Notes under the pieces: model-generated
Seen by the model: the letters and a program-made list of their open reading frames with translations, nothing else
Told to the model about the DNA's origin: nothing
The model's database searches: none
Shown: piece by piece, positions 1-12,700 of the stretch
Numbering within the stretch: position 1 is the first letter of the stretch
How the letters are laid out: every line of letters starts with the position of its first letter
Translations under genes and position numbers: made by a program
Source of the DNA: Phallusia mammillata
Taxonomy: Eukaryota
Direction: 5' to 3'
Length of the DNA stretch: 64,000 nucleotides
NCBI GenBank assembly: GCA_965637545.1
Contig: OZ281498.1
Span: forward strand, 11,036,001 to 11,100,000

Positions 1-522
1 CGGAATCGAATTTCATCTTTACTGAAATGTAAACTAGCAATAAAAGAATGTTGATTTGATTTAATTGTGATGTAGTCATTGTGTTATTGTGATGTAATAG
101 TTCAAAGCTCCCAGCATTGTTGTGAGACAATAACGCATTCTTGTCATGAAAGCGCATATGTTGATGATGACACAATGCGTTGTTTTATCAGTAAATGCCG
201 CAGTATTTCAGTATAGGGCCTGCTCATTGACGTTAGTTGTGTTATGACATTGAGACTGAGTCGACCGTTTCTTTTGGCATTTGATTAGGTTTTTATTTAG
301 TTAGGAAAGTTTTAAGTTTAAGTTTCACTGAAATATCTTGGATTTATTCGACAATACATGTTACAATCGTCAAGCTATTAAAATTTGTAAGTTGGATAAA
401 ATATAAAAAATAACCCTAATATTAGTTGTATGGTATTAAAAATCCTAAATATCGTATGGTTTGAGATCATGAATCAAATGATTTGTGACGTCATAAGCAA
501 CTTTGTTTCTTTTGTGACGTAG

Positions 523-606
523 GAATCGACGACAATCGTACGACGTCAACACTTCGCCATCGAGTAAGAAGAAATTTCTGCAAAAAGCGGCTGGATTTTT
601 TGACAG
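523..606 (+). CDS. Upstream internal coding exon (phase 2-2), NRRQSYDVNTSPSSKKKFLQKAAGFFD
   Basis: Acceptor tttgtgacgtAG ends at 522; donor AG|gtaacc at 607. The 84-nt exon is open in the phase-2 frame and is in frame with exon 6480. Confidence 0.6.
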
Positions 607-914
607 GTAACCTCAAGTTAAACTTTGTTGCTTGTGACCTTTAGTAACCCCGACACGCCTAACTCCAGGTCCAGACATGGGGCAATTCGTATTCGAATGC
701 ATTCGAATACAGGTTTTGCCACCTTCATGCTGTATTCGAATGATTTTGGCTTTCGTTCGATAGTGCATGAATACAATTCGAATAGTTGATGTTATCTTTT
801 GAACCAACAATTCATGAATACAAAAGCTTGAGTAAATTTATTCGAATACAATTCGAATTGTTCTAGGTTTTTGCCAACCTAAGAATTTGCAAATTCGAAT
901 ACACGATATTTTTT

Positions 915-1160
915 ACGAATACAATTCGAATTGTTGTCGGCCTTTGGCAACGTAACAATTCGTAAAATCGAATACATGACTACATTTGTACGAATACAAT
1001 TCGAATTGTTGTCAGCCTGTTTCTACGTAACAATTCGCAAAATCGAATACATGACTACATTTTTACGAATACAATTCGAATTGTTGTCAGTCTGTGGCAA
1101 CGTAAGATACGTAAAATCGAATACATGACTACATTTTTACGAATACAATGTGAATTGTCG
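915..1160. repeat. About 75-bp tandem repeat (3+ copies) in the left arm of the hAT element
   Basis: Unit acgaatacaattcgaattgttgtc...aatcgaatacatgactacattt starts at 915, 990, 1065 and 1139. Confidence 0.9.
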
Positions 1161-1681
1161 ATTACCTCCAGACTAGGAGTAGTCGAGATTCGAGAATATT
1201 TTGCTATATATTGTTGCCAAATAGATTCGAATACAATTCAAATTGGCAGTGAGTGACCTGATTTGACAAGTTTTTGATTATGTTACGAAACAATCACACA
1301 TAGAAGTTTAACTGTGACGTTACATAAATGGAATTGTGTTACAAAGCTTGCAACATTGGGTTCTTCTCAGCACATGACAGGTGTAGCGTGTTCATGAAGC
1401 AAACATCTCATGTAAATTTGGTTAAATTTATATTACGGAGACTTAAATCAGTCAAGCTGAGGTGGCAAACAAAGCTCGTTGGTTTACATTTTTACCAATA
1501 AATTTGCAATTCATAAACCCATGTTACATTTTGATCGAATACCTTTTAAGTTTCGGGGCGCTTTTATTTCTTTTATTTTCCGCAACTGCAAATATCCGAA
1601 TCGGTGCATTCGAATGCTATTCAATTGTTTGCTTCTTACTACAACTGAACAATTCGTGAATACAAATAACTAGAACTATTA

Positions 1682-2170
1682 ATTCGAATACAATTCGAAT
1701 TGCTACTTCTCAAAAATTACGAAGTATTCATGAATACGAATACACGCTTGGGGTTATTCGAATAGTATTCGAATTACACGTTGTTGTTTTTTGGTCAACT
1801 ATTCATGAATACTAATACTTGACACGTTTTATTCGAATACAATTCGAATTGCTGCCACCTTAATATTACAAAACAATTCGTGAATACGAATACTTGACTT
1901 GCATTATTCGAATACAATTCGAATTGTCGAACTTTAAAAAGTGCTTAGAATTCATGAATACGAATACATGCCTTGGTTTATTCGAATAGTATTCGAATTG
2001 CTTGTCGTTGTAGTTTGGTCAACAATTCATGAATACAAATACTTGACTCGTTTTATTCGAATACCATTCGAATTGCTGTCACTCAAAAATTACCAAAGTA
2101 TTCATGAATTCGAATACAGTCATGCAGGTATTCGTAAAGTATTCGAATACAGGACGCGTGTATTCGACCC
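1682..2170. repeat. About 75-bp degenerate tandem repeat (6-7 copies) in the right arm of the hAT element
   Basis: attcgaata(c/g) recurs at 1682, 1756, 1831, 1906, 1980 and 2055, each time followed by ttc(a/g)tgaatac. Confidence 0.85.
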
Positions 2171-4166
2171 CATGTCTGTCCAGGTCATTGACACCAGTGA
2201 GACAATATTGACATTCCGCTATTCGTGTGTGCTAACTGTCTGTAGTTAAATTGGTTCGAATATTTGACAATGCGACACTATTCTTACGTCACGATTAAAG
2301 TGTTGTTCGCAAATAAGTCAATATAGCCTGGTGGAATCCAACTGCAGTACATGACAAACTTAATTAAATTAATTGTAACAAATCCAAGAAAACATACAGA
2401 GTAACACATTTATGGCTACAATGGAACAAACAATAAAGCAGACATACACAGGGGAAACTTTTATTGATCTTTGCTGAGTTCACCGAATCCATATTAAGTT
2501 TATGAGACCAGTTCACACCAAAATTTAAGAGAAAGCGCGAACCTACGTCTCATCCGCTTTTCCCAGAATCAAAAAATATTCATGACTTATTATGTCACAA
2601 TGCATGAGCACACAACCCGCTGCCATAAAGCATTGTCGGCATGAAGGTTTCAAACAGATCAATCAAAAGTTTGAAAATGTTGCGTCTGTTTTTACAACTA
2701 TAAGAGGCAATTAAAAAAAATTTTCATTCAAAAATATTAATACACCTATTTTTTGGAGAGGTATGGAAAGTTTTAACCTGTTATTATACTACAGTTATTA
2801 TTTGGTTTTTATCTTCCATTTTGTATAAATTTGCTTTAGGAGGAAAAGTTTTTACTTATTTTAGCAGTTTTAAGGTAACTCCTTATAGATGGAATGTTTA
2901 CCGCAGTGTTTAATTAGGGGAAGTGAAATTCAACGCTACTTAACGCTCTCATTACCATGAAACAATAGCGATTGTTTTGTCACACCCCGAACTGTGACGT
3001 GTTGCGCCATCACCCATTCAACATGATATGACGATTTTCTTGTCGTTTTAACTTTTAGTGAAAGGAAACTACCAGCACTTTCCAATTGTTTTTTTTCCCC
3101 TGTCAAGAAGTTGGTGCACATTATGATCTACAAAACTTTTTGTGAAATAAGTGACCGCACGTTTTTGATACGTCATTAGTAGTGACGTCAACCCCCGTTC
3201 GTAATTAGTGTATGACGTATGACCAACGGTTTGTTGGTACAAGTTTGCAAATAAATACAATGATTAGTTCAAAACACCTCATATAATTAAAACGAAATAC
3301 GCAAACAGAAATAGGTCGTGTATTTTTCTTCCGCTCGCCCAGTTTGCACGACCTTCACTTGGGACGACAATTGATGTCACAATATCATGTAATTTATCCT
3401 GTCCTTTCCCGCCATTTATCTCAAGGGACCACAACCATGGCCTCGGTTTAAAATACGTCGCAGTGCATTATTGCTTCATAACCCTTGTGGTTTTGACGCC
3501 ATAATGTTCCCTTGTGACATCACAAAAATCGAGTGTTACTTGAAGCAAGGTCATGTACAGAAATTTATAAATTTGGACTAAATTGCTCACAGAGACAAAG
3601 TACTTGCAACAGTCCCGAATTTGTAAAAGTTTGCCCTTTTCTGCACCCTAGTGGACACTTGTAGGTTTGTAGTCATTTCCGGCATTTCATATAACTTGGT
3701 TTTCTGCTTAGCTTGTATCCTTTTCAAGAAATCATTGAGCAACAAAGTTTCTTCCCCAAAGTTTAGGAACCCTGAAAGTTTTCTTTTAACGATTGAAAAC
3801 TATCTCTCTACAGAAACTCTGGACACATGTTTAATCGTTGTCATTATTTTATACCTGTTCAATGTTTTCGAGGTTCATCTTCCAATATGCTTCTAAAATG
3901 GTTTTCAATTTTTGCAAACAAAACCAGGCATAAAAATTCTACTATTGCTTAAGTTACTTCTAGCTCTTTAGTATAAAACACTCTAACCGAAAAATTGGTG
4001 ACTTGTATGATGCCTTCAAAGAAGTTTATGGGATACCATAACATCAAGTCATCATGAATTGTGTTTAGATCTTAAAGGTGTCTGCCATTTTATTTATTTT
4101 CACAAACACACACGTGAATGAATGTGCATATACTCTGCCTGTTTGTATGAATCATCTATTGCTTCT

Positions 4167-4205
4167 TGTGCTGTGCTGTGCTGTGCTGTGCTGTGCTGTG
4201 CTGTG
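4167..4205. repeat. (CTGTG)n microsatellite
   Basis: About 8 consecutive ctgtg units. Confidence 0.95.
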
Positions 4206-5310
4206 ATGTTAGTACCCCGGGCTTCATGCAGAACGATTAGGATGTTTACATCATATTGTGTGGGCTTTGTGTTAAGCACAGTAAGCTATCCCAGCAAAGA
4301 TAGGCTTACTTTAGTTTTTAGTTGATTAAGGATCGTCTTAACCAGTTCAGGCCAATTAGTTTCTTTTTGGGAAGAAATTTTGTGATGTTGTTTTTTGCTT
4401 GACCTAATGATATTAGACATTCTTGTAAACGGTCTTAAAGTTAACTAGATATAGAACAGTAAAGTAGTAGTACTAGCTCAAAGGTCAGTGGTTTCCAATA
4501 CTGCAATGTTGGGGCCCACCGTAAAACAGTGGTCGTTTATTAGTGGTACTACATGCTAAACATATAGAAATGGAAGGGATTAAGTGGTAAACTTGTGACT
4601 GCTTTTTGTAACAAGTAAGATCAAATGGAATTCTACCATACACACCAGAGTTTTGTTACACAATCTATCTCAAACATAATGTTATTCCGGTTTCGAGATT
4701 TTGTGTCCCATTTTGGAATTTGTTTGTTGTTGTTTTACTAACACAAGGCCTAATGTTAAATGACAACGAGAATTTTTTTTGGCTAGTGGAGGTTTAATGC
4801 AGTCTAGTTAAATCTTTTTGAAAGTTTAGTTTTTTCTCCACTAATGCCACCACGATTACTGTAAACTTGGTAAGTTTGCAAAAGTCTGACAATGTCTTGC
4901 AAAAAAAAAAACATTTCCTTGGTAAACGCATACTGACTGTGGGGAGTAAACAGTAGAAAAGTTTTGCTGATAAATATGGAAGTAAGCTTGTCAGTATGTT
5001 AGTCACTACATGGTGCAATAAGCATCAGGCGAATCATTCCGCAGATGTCAGCAGGTCATTGTTCTTCTGGGTTCTGCATTACGTGGGTCCAGTTTCGAAT
5101 ATAGATTTAACGAAAGGTAATTTTTTGGAGCAAAATAAACCTACGGAGAAAATAAATCATGAATTTAACGTGTTTGATAGAGGATTATTACGCCGTTATC
5201 TGCTGTGGATTCAGAGATGTTCTGAACACATTAATCAGGATTTCAATTTAGTTTAGATTTTAGATAATTTCTTCCCTATTGTTTCTGCTGTGAAAGTCAC
5301 TTTACCTTAA

Positions 5311-6020
5311 ATGGCTGGTAGAAGGGCTTCCCACCGCTTTGGTCGTTCGTTTGACGATTCAACCCGAGTCGATTATGACGTCAACAATCTTGAAGCCGAA
5401 GTTTTCAGCCTAAAATCGAAACTCGAAAATCTCGAACAACAAACAATCGCAAGATTAGGAAACATCGAACAATCTCTCTCGCAACTCAAGAAAGGCGACG
5501 AAAGAAAGGTGTTACGTAAGCAACCAAGCACTACGTCATCAACTTCGTCATTCAGGGTCAACTTTGGGTCAGTCAGCGAGGCTGGTGACGTCACAGAATC
5601 GGATGAGGTCTCTATCGCTTCGGATTTTGGTCCCGGCGCAAGTTTTCTGCTAATCCAGGGCGTCGAGGTCGACAAGTCCTCGACTGAGGATCCGTTTGAG
5701 ACTGAGAAAATGTTGAAGATGTTTTTGCGCGAGTCTCTCGGGTTGAGTTGGGAAGAAATTAAAGCTTTGTCGATTGTGGATTGCTGGAGATTAAGCGGAC
5801 ATGGCGAACCGAAGCGAAAAGGTCGAAAAACGGCTCCTATTGTTGTTAGATTGGAACTGGCCTCTGACGCTGAGTTTATCAAGGAACGCGCTCCTGTTGC
5901 GAAAATTCAGGGTTACAATATCAGTGATTTGCCGTTAAACCAACGCGGCTCAATTAAAGAACACGAAACGACCCAAGGACGAAACAAGAAGCTTAAAAAG
6001 TTAAAAACCGAAAGCCTTGG
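5311..6020 (+). CDS. Large (alternative) first coding exon A: coiled coil + Ser-rich linker + LINE ORF1p-like RRM
   Basis: ATG at 5311, 236 intact codons, donor GG|gtcagt at 6021 (phase 2), in frame with exon 6480. Heptad-like segment at aa 24-61. The segment LLIQGVE...ETEKMLKMFLRESLGL...IVDCWRL...APIVVRL...DAEFIKERA...KIQGYNISDLP follows the non-LTR ORF1 RRM pattern. Confidence 0.85.
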
Positions 6021-6479
6021 GTCAGTTAATATCTTATATCTCCGACTGCACAGTCGTATCTTTAATGACTCTTTCAATGCACACTTTCTTCTTCATCCAA
6101 CGCATATCTTATAGGATTTAGTGCTTATATACTCATCAAAAAGAGTATTTAGGGGTTATGAAACGATTTTACTTCTATCTTGCTTTAATGAGCCAAATGT
6201 TCTTTTTTCAAACCGCCGTACCTCTATGGGCAGTTAGGATCCATGTTTGTTACGTCACAATCCGTTTGCACGTTACATATCAATAAGGACATTACCAGAA
6301 TTCAAATACAACTATTGTTCAATGGTAGGACCAGCCACATAACAGTTCTATCACAGTAAAGCTTTAATCCATTGCTTCCGTTCTATTATGAGTCACAAGG
6401 CAGGCGCATTGTGCGTCACAAGGCCTGTTGTTCGTTTTTTGCTCGATCCTAACATTGCTTTGTTCGATTGTATTGTCAG

Positions 6480-6562
6480 GAGCGACATCTTGCGACGACT
6501 CTCTCCTGATCGTAGGAAATCACCGAAGACAAGTACAGAAAATTTAAGTGAAACTGCTACTG
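6480..6562 (+). CDS. Coding exon (phase 2-1), SDILRRLSPDRRKSPKTSTENLSETAT
   Basis: Acceptor tgtattgtcAG, donor G|gtaaga; frame is continuous with both neighbours. Confidence 0.8.
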
Positions 6563-7098
6563 GTAAGAAAAAAGTATTAAATTTCTGTTGTAACATTTAT
6601 TGCTGTATTTTTATACAAGAACTTTGTTATGACTAAAACCGTGATATAATGTAACTATGTAACACCTTCATGGATGGGTTAGGCCCTCAGAAGACTCTTG
6701 AACGTTTATATTTTTGCTTTTACTTGCGGTGATAGCTTGTTACTAAACATGTGTAGGTTGCAAAGCGAGCGACAAAGCTGAAATTATTGTCAACTGTTGC
6801 CGGATTTTCATTCATTTAAGCGATGCAGTTTCTACTTGGAAAATCAAACTTTAGGATTGATTTAAATTCACCACTTAAAAGTTTGACCTGAAAAGTATTT
6901 TTATTGTCTTCTTTCCCTGTTTGTACTCTGCTAAGATTTTTACTTCATTTAAAATCTAAATATGAAAACTGTATTTTTTTCGTAGGCTCTCACGAATTTA
7001 GGAAAACCTTAATGCTAATGCTTGCATTCTGGATTGTGTACAACCAAAACGCTGTATTATTAAACGTGACGTATAAAACTTTCAACCTTTGTTTTCAG

Positions 7099-7237
7099 GT
7101 TCATCGTTAGACATGAACACGTCGGCAGATGGCGCTAGCACGTCGCCTGGTTCTCAGTCGCAATTTGTCCGCAACTTTTTGCGCAAAAGTTACCACTATG
7201 ACGCCCTTGAGGACAAAGCAGGAAGTCAGGACGAAAA
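7099..7237 (+). CDS. Coding exon (phase 1-2), SSLDMNTSADGASTSPGSQSQFVRNFLRKSYHYDALEDKAGSQDE
   Basis: Acceptor tttgttttcAG, donor AA|gtaaga; open frame. Confidence 0.85.
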
Positions 7238-7609
7238 GTAAGATAACAACATTTTTACGTCACAAACGAAAATATTAAAATTTACGTTATAATGTTGACA
7301 ATACATCAAGCAACTTTTACATCCCTAACTTAACAAGTAATAAAAATACAGCGACTGATTCAGTGTTTTGACTTCAAAATTTATTTACATTTTTTGTTTT
7401 GTCAATACCCTAATTATTGCTGTCTTTTAGTGTAGTTGTGGTATAACCTCAATCAGCACGCCATGGATAGAACAACCTGGTTATAGCACAAAGCATTTGG
7501 TAAAAAAGAAATATTGTTATCGTTGTTTTTATGTACTTCATATACCTCACTTAGTTTATCTGATGTGGGTAATTATGCCACAAACATTTTCAACCATTTC
7601 TATTTTCAG

Positions 7610-7732
7610 GGAAAAATCCTCTTCGAAAACCAAGTTCTCGCCTCGGAGGAGTTTGAAGCGCTTAAAAAAGAAACAGTCAGGAGCATCTTTGGCAGGAGGA
7701 GAGTTGAAGGAGCCGCAACCAACGCACACTCG
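7610..7732 (+). CDS. Coding exon (phase 2-2), basic segment EKSSSKTKFSPRRSLKRLKKKQSG...
   Basis: Acceptor tctattttcAG, donor CG|gtaagt; phase matches exons 7099 and 15098. Confidence 0.85.
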
Positions 7733-9278
7733 GTAAGTTAAAGTTTTGGGAGTCGGACTCACTAAAAGTGTTTGTACGAAAGCGTTGAATAATTGAAAAT
7801 TAAATTTAAATAATTTGAAAACTGCTCCAAAGCAACCAATCTAATCCATCACCTCAAAATCATAAAACACCGCGAAAAATTCATGTACATCAGTGGCTCT
7901 CCTCAACATCACTCTCCTACGTAAATGGAAAAGTTTCCCTTTCATAGCTGAATCAAAACGGTGCATAAGATTGCCGAGAAAACTAAAGCATGATACCATT
8001 GTGTGGTAAAGTCCTAATTGATTGACATTAAAGGTATTTCGTACAAAAATACGGATTTGTTTGCTATTGTCACCTTTGGAACGCTTTTGAACTTGACATT
8101 GTGACGCCATAGGACGTTTTTCTTTGGCCAATAAGATTCCTCGATTACTTTACCGACCTTATTGTTGACTTGATATTCATGAGACTTATTCTTCTTAAAA
8201 TACGTATGCATTTGCTATTGTTAACTTCGGACTTTGGAACGCATCTTTTAATCTCTTTAGCTCAACATTGTGACGTAATACGGCGTTTGTGTTAACAATA
8301 ACTGCGACGTTCTTGGTCACGGTGTCGCGAATATGAAATAGGCGAAGAAATGAACATCTATAGGGGAAAAATATTTGCAGAGATATCAGTGCCACTGTAT
8401 TATGTGGTCTTGCCGTATTTTGTGAATGTGTCCGATGTTTTCTGACAGTCTCATGATAAAGTTAAACTTATTTGGAAGAGATTGTTCCAGAAGTTTTAAG
8501 ATTGCAGTGTGCAAAAGGGGGTTACTTTAAGTTGCCTGACGATTAGATAAGATGTGGTACATTCGATAAATCAGTAGATTAGCTGTCCTAAATCAACTTA
8601 TTGGTGGATCCTTTCCTAAACGGTGATGCAAACTTCGTCTGTTATCATGGCAGTACGGCTTCATTTTTTGTGGTGGAAATTTGTTGCACTTGTAGACACC
8701 TAAATCCTTTAGGTATAAACACATTTTCATTTCCCATCGCTTACTGCGTCGACCCTTTGTGATTTCATAAACACTAACCACTACAAATAATTGACGGAAC
8801 TGACACATTGCTTCAATTACAATTCTTTCAAGCTGCAGCAACGATTCTTTCAAGATAAAAGGTCGTTTACCAATAAGGCTCTTTTATGAATAGCGTTTAG
8901 CTGTTGGGCTCTCCTCCCTTCGTCTTTGTTGTCGATCAGTTTCCGTTTTAAGACAATGCTGGGAAAGCCTGGGCGGTTATCTTAACCAGTCTTTCGGTTT
9001 ACTTATCTCCTTGTCAAAAGGTTAGAAGAGGTACCAGCCTTGTGTTGGAGGTTATGATTGTCAGCTGAAATGTGATTGTTTGTTTCTGCATCTATTGACT
9101 GTTGTGCTTGTATTACTATTGGGTTATATATTCCAAATGTTTTTTTGGCGCTTGAACTAGCTTTGCGGGCGAGTTTTCAACCATGAAGGTCATTTTTGAA
9201 AATATACATTTCAAGTAATAATCATAATACTTTAGCTCGAATCGCAGATTAATCTGCAAAAGTTTTAGTGGTTTAGTG

Positions 9279-9742
9279 CAGTGTTTCCCAACCTATCGGT
9301 CGCGACCCAAAGTTGGGTCGCCTGAACATTCTGTTGGGTCGCTTGTTTTCGAATATGAGCATCTACTTTTTGATTTCGCCTTGTAGCGTTATTTCTACAT
9401 ATATCCCAAGGCTTTAAATTGTTGCCCAACAATAATTTTATCACAACTTGTCATGATAATGGCTAAAACTGTCTGTGACGTCATAAACTAATGTGTTAAC
9501 TCAAAATTGAACGTTGTCTGGCTAATAATTCTTCGATTCAGCTCCAAGTCCTGGCTAAATGGAAATGTTTGGTCGGAAAAAACAACACTATTTGTTTGTT
9601 ATAAGGTTATTGATTTGCTAAACTTGCGTAGTAATTTTTTGAAAAGCTTTCCGAATTTACAGACAAAAATACAACTAAAGTAGCGTGTCCATGGGTCGCG
9701 AGAAACCACTAAATAAAATTTTGGTAAGTATTTGGGTCGCGT

Positions 9743-9765
<23 letters not shown>
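9279..9765. mobile_element. hAT (Charlie-like) MITE, 487 bp
   Basis: TIR CAGTGTTTCCCAACC / GGTTGGGAACCACTG, exact 8-bp TSD GTTTAGTG (9271-9278 and 9766-9773), subterminal GGGTCGC repeats. Confidence 0.9.
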
Positions 9766-9773
<8 letters not shown>

Positions 9774-12700
9774 TGTTGTAGCTTTTAAACCTGAATTTAT
9801 TTTTTAAACCATGACAAATGGTGTTGGATAACCTACGAAATTACTAAATGATTTATATTTATATGTAAAGCTGTCTTACAGTCTATTTAAGCTAAATCGA
9901 TAAAGAAATTCAGCGTCAACCACACTAAACCCGTTTCATGAAAATAGTAGCGGATTTTCGCAACACTAACCTGGCAAGATTGGCGGTATAAGTTATTCTC
10001 AACCCAATGCTTGTATTTCATCAGTTATTCGTGAGCTTTTGCGCTTAATTCGAGTCCTAAGGCGTTCTTTTGTTAGTATCTAGGGTTCTAAGAGGTTTTG
10101 TGTTTGCTTTGTTGGTTGTAAGTTAACCACCGAGGAGAAATTGCTTTGGACAATTTTAGAACAACTATGAGTCATACGAAATTAGGTTGTCAACTTGTCG
10201 GTTTACCACCGCACGTTTTTCGTGCGATTTTATACACATTAGTGTTTGATTCGGCGTTAAACGTTCATTATTATGTAATTTGATGTTGTGTCGCTTGGTA
10301 CAAAAAAGTCATTGCCCTCACAAAAATACAAGATGATGACAACATGGGACTATTAAATGTATTTGTAATTTTCTGTTGTTGTAGAAACCACAATATTTTT
10401 TCATAGACTTGGGCCTAGGTTCGGGATTAAATTCGAAAAAAAAACGGGTTATTTTTTGGGCCTGACTTCACACTCATTATTTTTGTCCTAATTTCATCAA
10501 ATTTTGGCCTAATCTGGACTTGGCTTGTACTTTTGTTTCTAGGCCCCTATTTCATATCCACTTTCAGTTTTGACCCATTTAGTGTTTTAAAAGTTGTCCC
10601 AATACATGTCAAAACACGTTTTAAAACACTACGTGAATAATCATAAGTGTTTGAAGATGCATTTTTTGCTGTGAGTTTTGTTTTCGATTGAGCTACTTTT
10701 TGAGGACGTGTTTAGTATTCTTTTGCATGTGAATAGTCTTATAAATACGTTTTTTGAATGAATTTTGATTGGGCATTGAATAGCTTTTTTCAACCTAACC
10801 TAGTTGAAATGAATTGCTGTTCAGTTGGGTTTTTGTTTGCTTCACAATATTTGCTACAAACAGCAAAAAATCGTTGGCTTTGACATCAATTTGATTCGTG
10901 TTCCGGTTCATACGCACAACGCGACATTTTTCGATAAAAAAATCAATTTTTGTTTCGCACAATAGACGAAGGTATAAAGACGTTTATCATTGGCTTCATC
11001 AGCGATGTCCTTATGTCCGTTATTTTCCCCTATTTTTGAAGGGTTAGGCTATTAGTGTATATGTTATTCATGAAAGAGTTGTAGGTTGTGTTGGATTGCT
11101 TTATAAAATGAAACTACTTGGAAAATAAAAACAGGTTTTAAAAATAAATTAATTAATAAAAAAATACTTTCTTTATACTTTTCAATAAAATTTATTCGCT
11201 AAGTTATATAAGCTGTCTGGTAGTTAAATGGTAAATAGTAATCATTACTTTTCCAAGTAATCTGAACGCCTTGTTTTCGCTGATATTCTCGCAATTGATA
11301 TGATTAATAGTTGTTGGCCAGCTTAGGCATAAAACGCCCATTTATGTTTGTTTATGTAACGACAAACATAAACAACAATGAATCTACCGTCAGCACGAAG
11401 CCCAAGTTAGCATTGTATTAAGGGTTATGCTTGGTAGTCGCCAACAAAATAACAACTAAGATGCTTTTGCTTCAACGGAAAACGGCCTTAATTACTCAAA
11501 AATGCAAGCGACTTGTTTTGATTTAGGTGTACTTAGCCCAAAACAGTTTTGTTAGAAGAAGCAATCGCCCAATTAAGGTGTTTTACAATAAACGGAAGGC
11601 TGCCTTTATCGTTTTGATTGAAGAAACGTATTTAGTTTATCAGAACGGATCTTACTCGGTTTAAACGCCTGCAGTTCGCTGTAAGGCGTGGAAGCTTCCA
11701 TAGAGTCTGGGTGATTGACAGGTCGAAGCACTTCCTGTCGGCTTCCCCGCGTTGATTAGCTGCATTATAGGCGTTTGATTGAAGTGGAAAGTTGATTTGC
11801 AAAACTGATAATTGCCGTTAAAGCCATTGTTCCCCCGCTGACAACGTTCTTTTTGCTTTTGATAAGCCTGGATTGTCAGTTTCATATAAAATTGTACACG
11901 TTGCATTAACAGGCAAGAGTTATTAGCAAATTGACAGGCAAGATAATAATGAATGCAAGTAAACGATTGTTTATGTGCTGCTGTTAATAACAACAGACGG
12001 GGTATTAATTTGATGTGATGAAAGAACCATGAAGGTTTTATTAGTTTCATAGCTTTTTATGTAACAAAATGTTATTTGACATTGTATTGGTTAAAACAGT
12101 AGTTTGTTTTGTAAAAAAATATCAAATAAGGGTAATTTGTGACGTTAGCATGTATTTGTTAATAGTATAGGTAGATTGTAATGTTTTACAATATGTCGAA
12201 AGTAAAAAAAATACATTGTGGATATTTCTTGAAAATAAGCGCGTCGTCTTTTTAAATGTTTAATACGGTTAATAAATAAAGCTTGCATAAATGCTGTTGC
12301 GGTTAAAGTTTATAAATTTAAAACAATCGCAACATAATGTATTACGACTGCGCCAATGAACATAACGCCATAATGTACACAACCAAAAATCGGATTTTGT
12401 CGAAATGTTGACAAGGAAATAACAATACCTGATACGAAGCATTAACATAAATTCTACTTCATTGGGGTATTCAAAGCTCTGTTTCTGAGTACTCAAGTCG
12501 GAAATTGTCACAATTTGAAACAAAATGTTTAAAATCGGTCATTGCGAAACCATTTCGTTGTTACGTCACAAATGGATTTTCACGGCAACAATTACATTGG
12601 AAGGTTGGACTACTCTACTTGTAAGCGATGTTGTTGCAACGTTAGCAAATAATCGAAAATGGATGAAAGAATGTGAGCATGTAATGCAATGGTTAAAAGC

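Larger units (their letters stand above)
672..2178. mobile_element. Non-autonomous hAT-type DNA transposon (1.5 kb)
   Basis: Perfect 11-bp TIR CAGACATGGGG (672-682) / CCCCATGTCTG (2168-2178) and an exact 8-bp TSD TCCAGGTC (664-671 and 2179-2186). No transposase ORF. Confidence 0.85.

Noticed and set aside
915-2170. Palindromic repeats with variable intervening sequence, superficially CRISPR-like; ORFs 931-1128 and 1941-2249
   Set aside because: Units are related along their whole length, sit between transposon TIRs and a TSD in a spliced eukaryotic gene, and no cas genes are present. The ORFs are repeat translations.
3715-3724. GTATCCTTTT resembling a U12 5' splice site
   Set aside because: No associated exon or U12 branch site; about one chance match is expected in this much sequence.
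5373-5882. 169-aa minus-strand ORF
   Set aside because: Antisense shadow of coding exon A; no recognisable content.
7514-7741. Alternative reading frame of exon 7610 (GKILFENQVLASEEFEALKK...)
   Set aside because: Needs phase-0 entry, but the upstream exon ends in phase 2 and the downstream LIM exon needs the other frame.
8040-8290. Degenerate duplication with about 150-bp spacing (aaatacg...tttgctattgt...tttggaacgc...acattgtgacg)
   Set aside because: Real but only two diverged copies, with no termini or function assignable.
11661-12050. 129-aa minus-strand ORF, and similarly the 135-aa plus-strand ORF at 24721-25128
   Set aside because: No recognisable motifs or compatible splice sites; lengths are within chance expectation.
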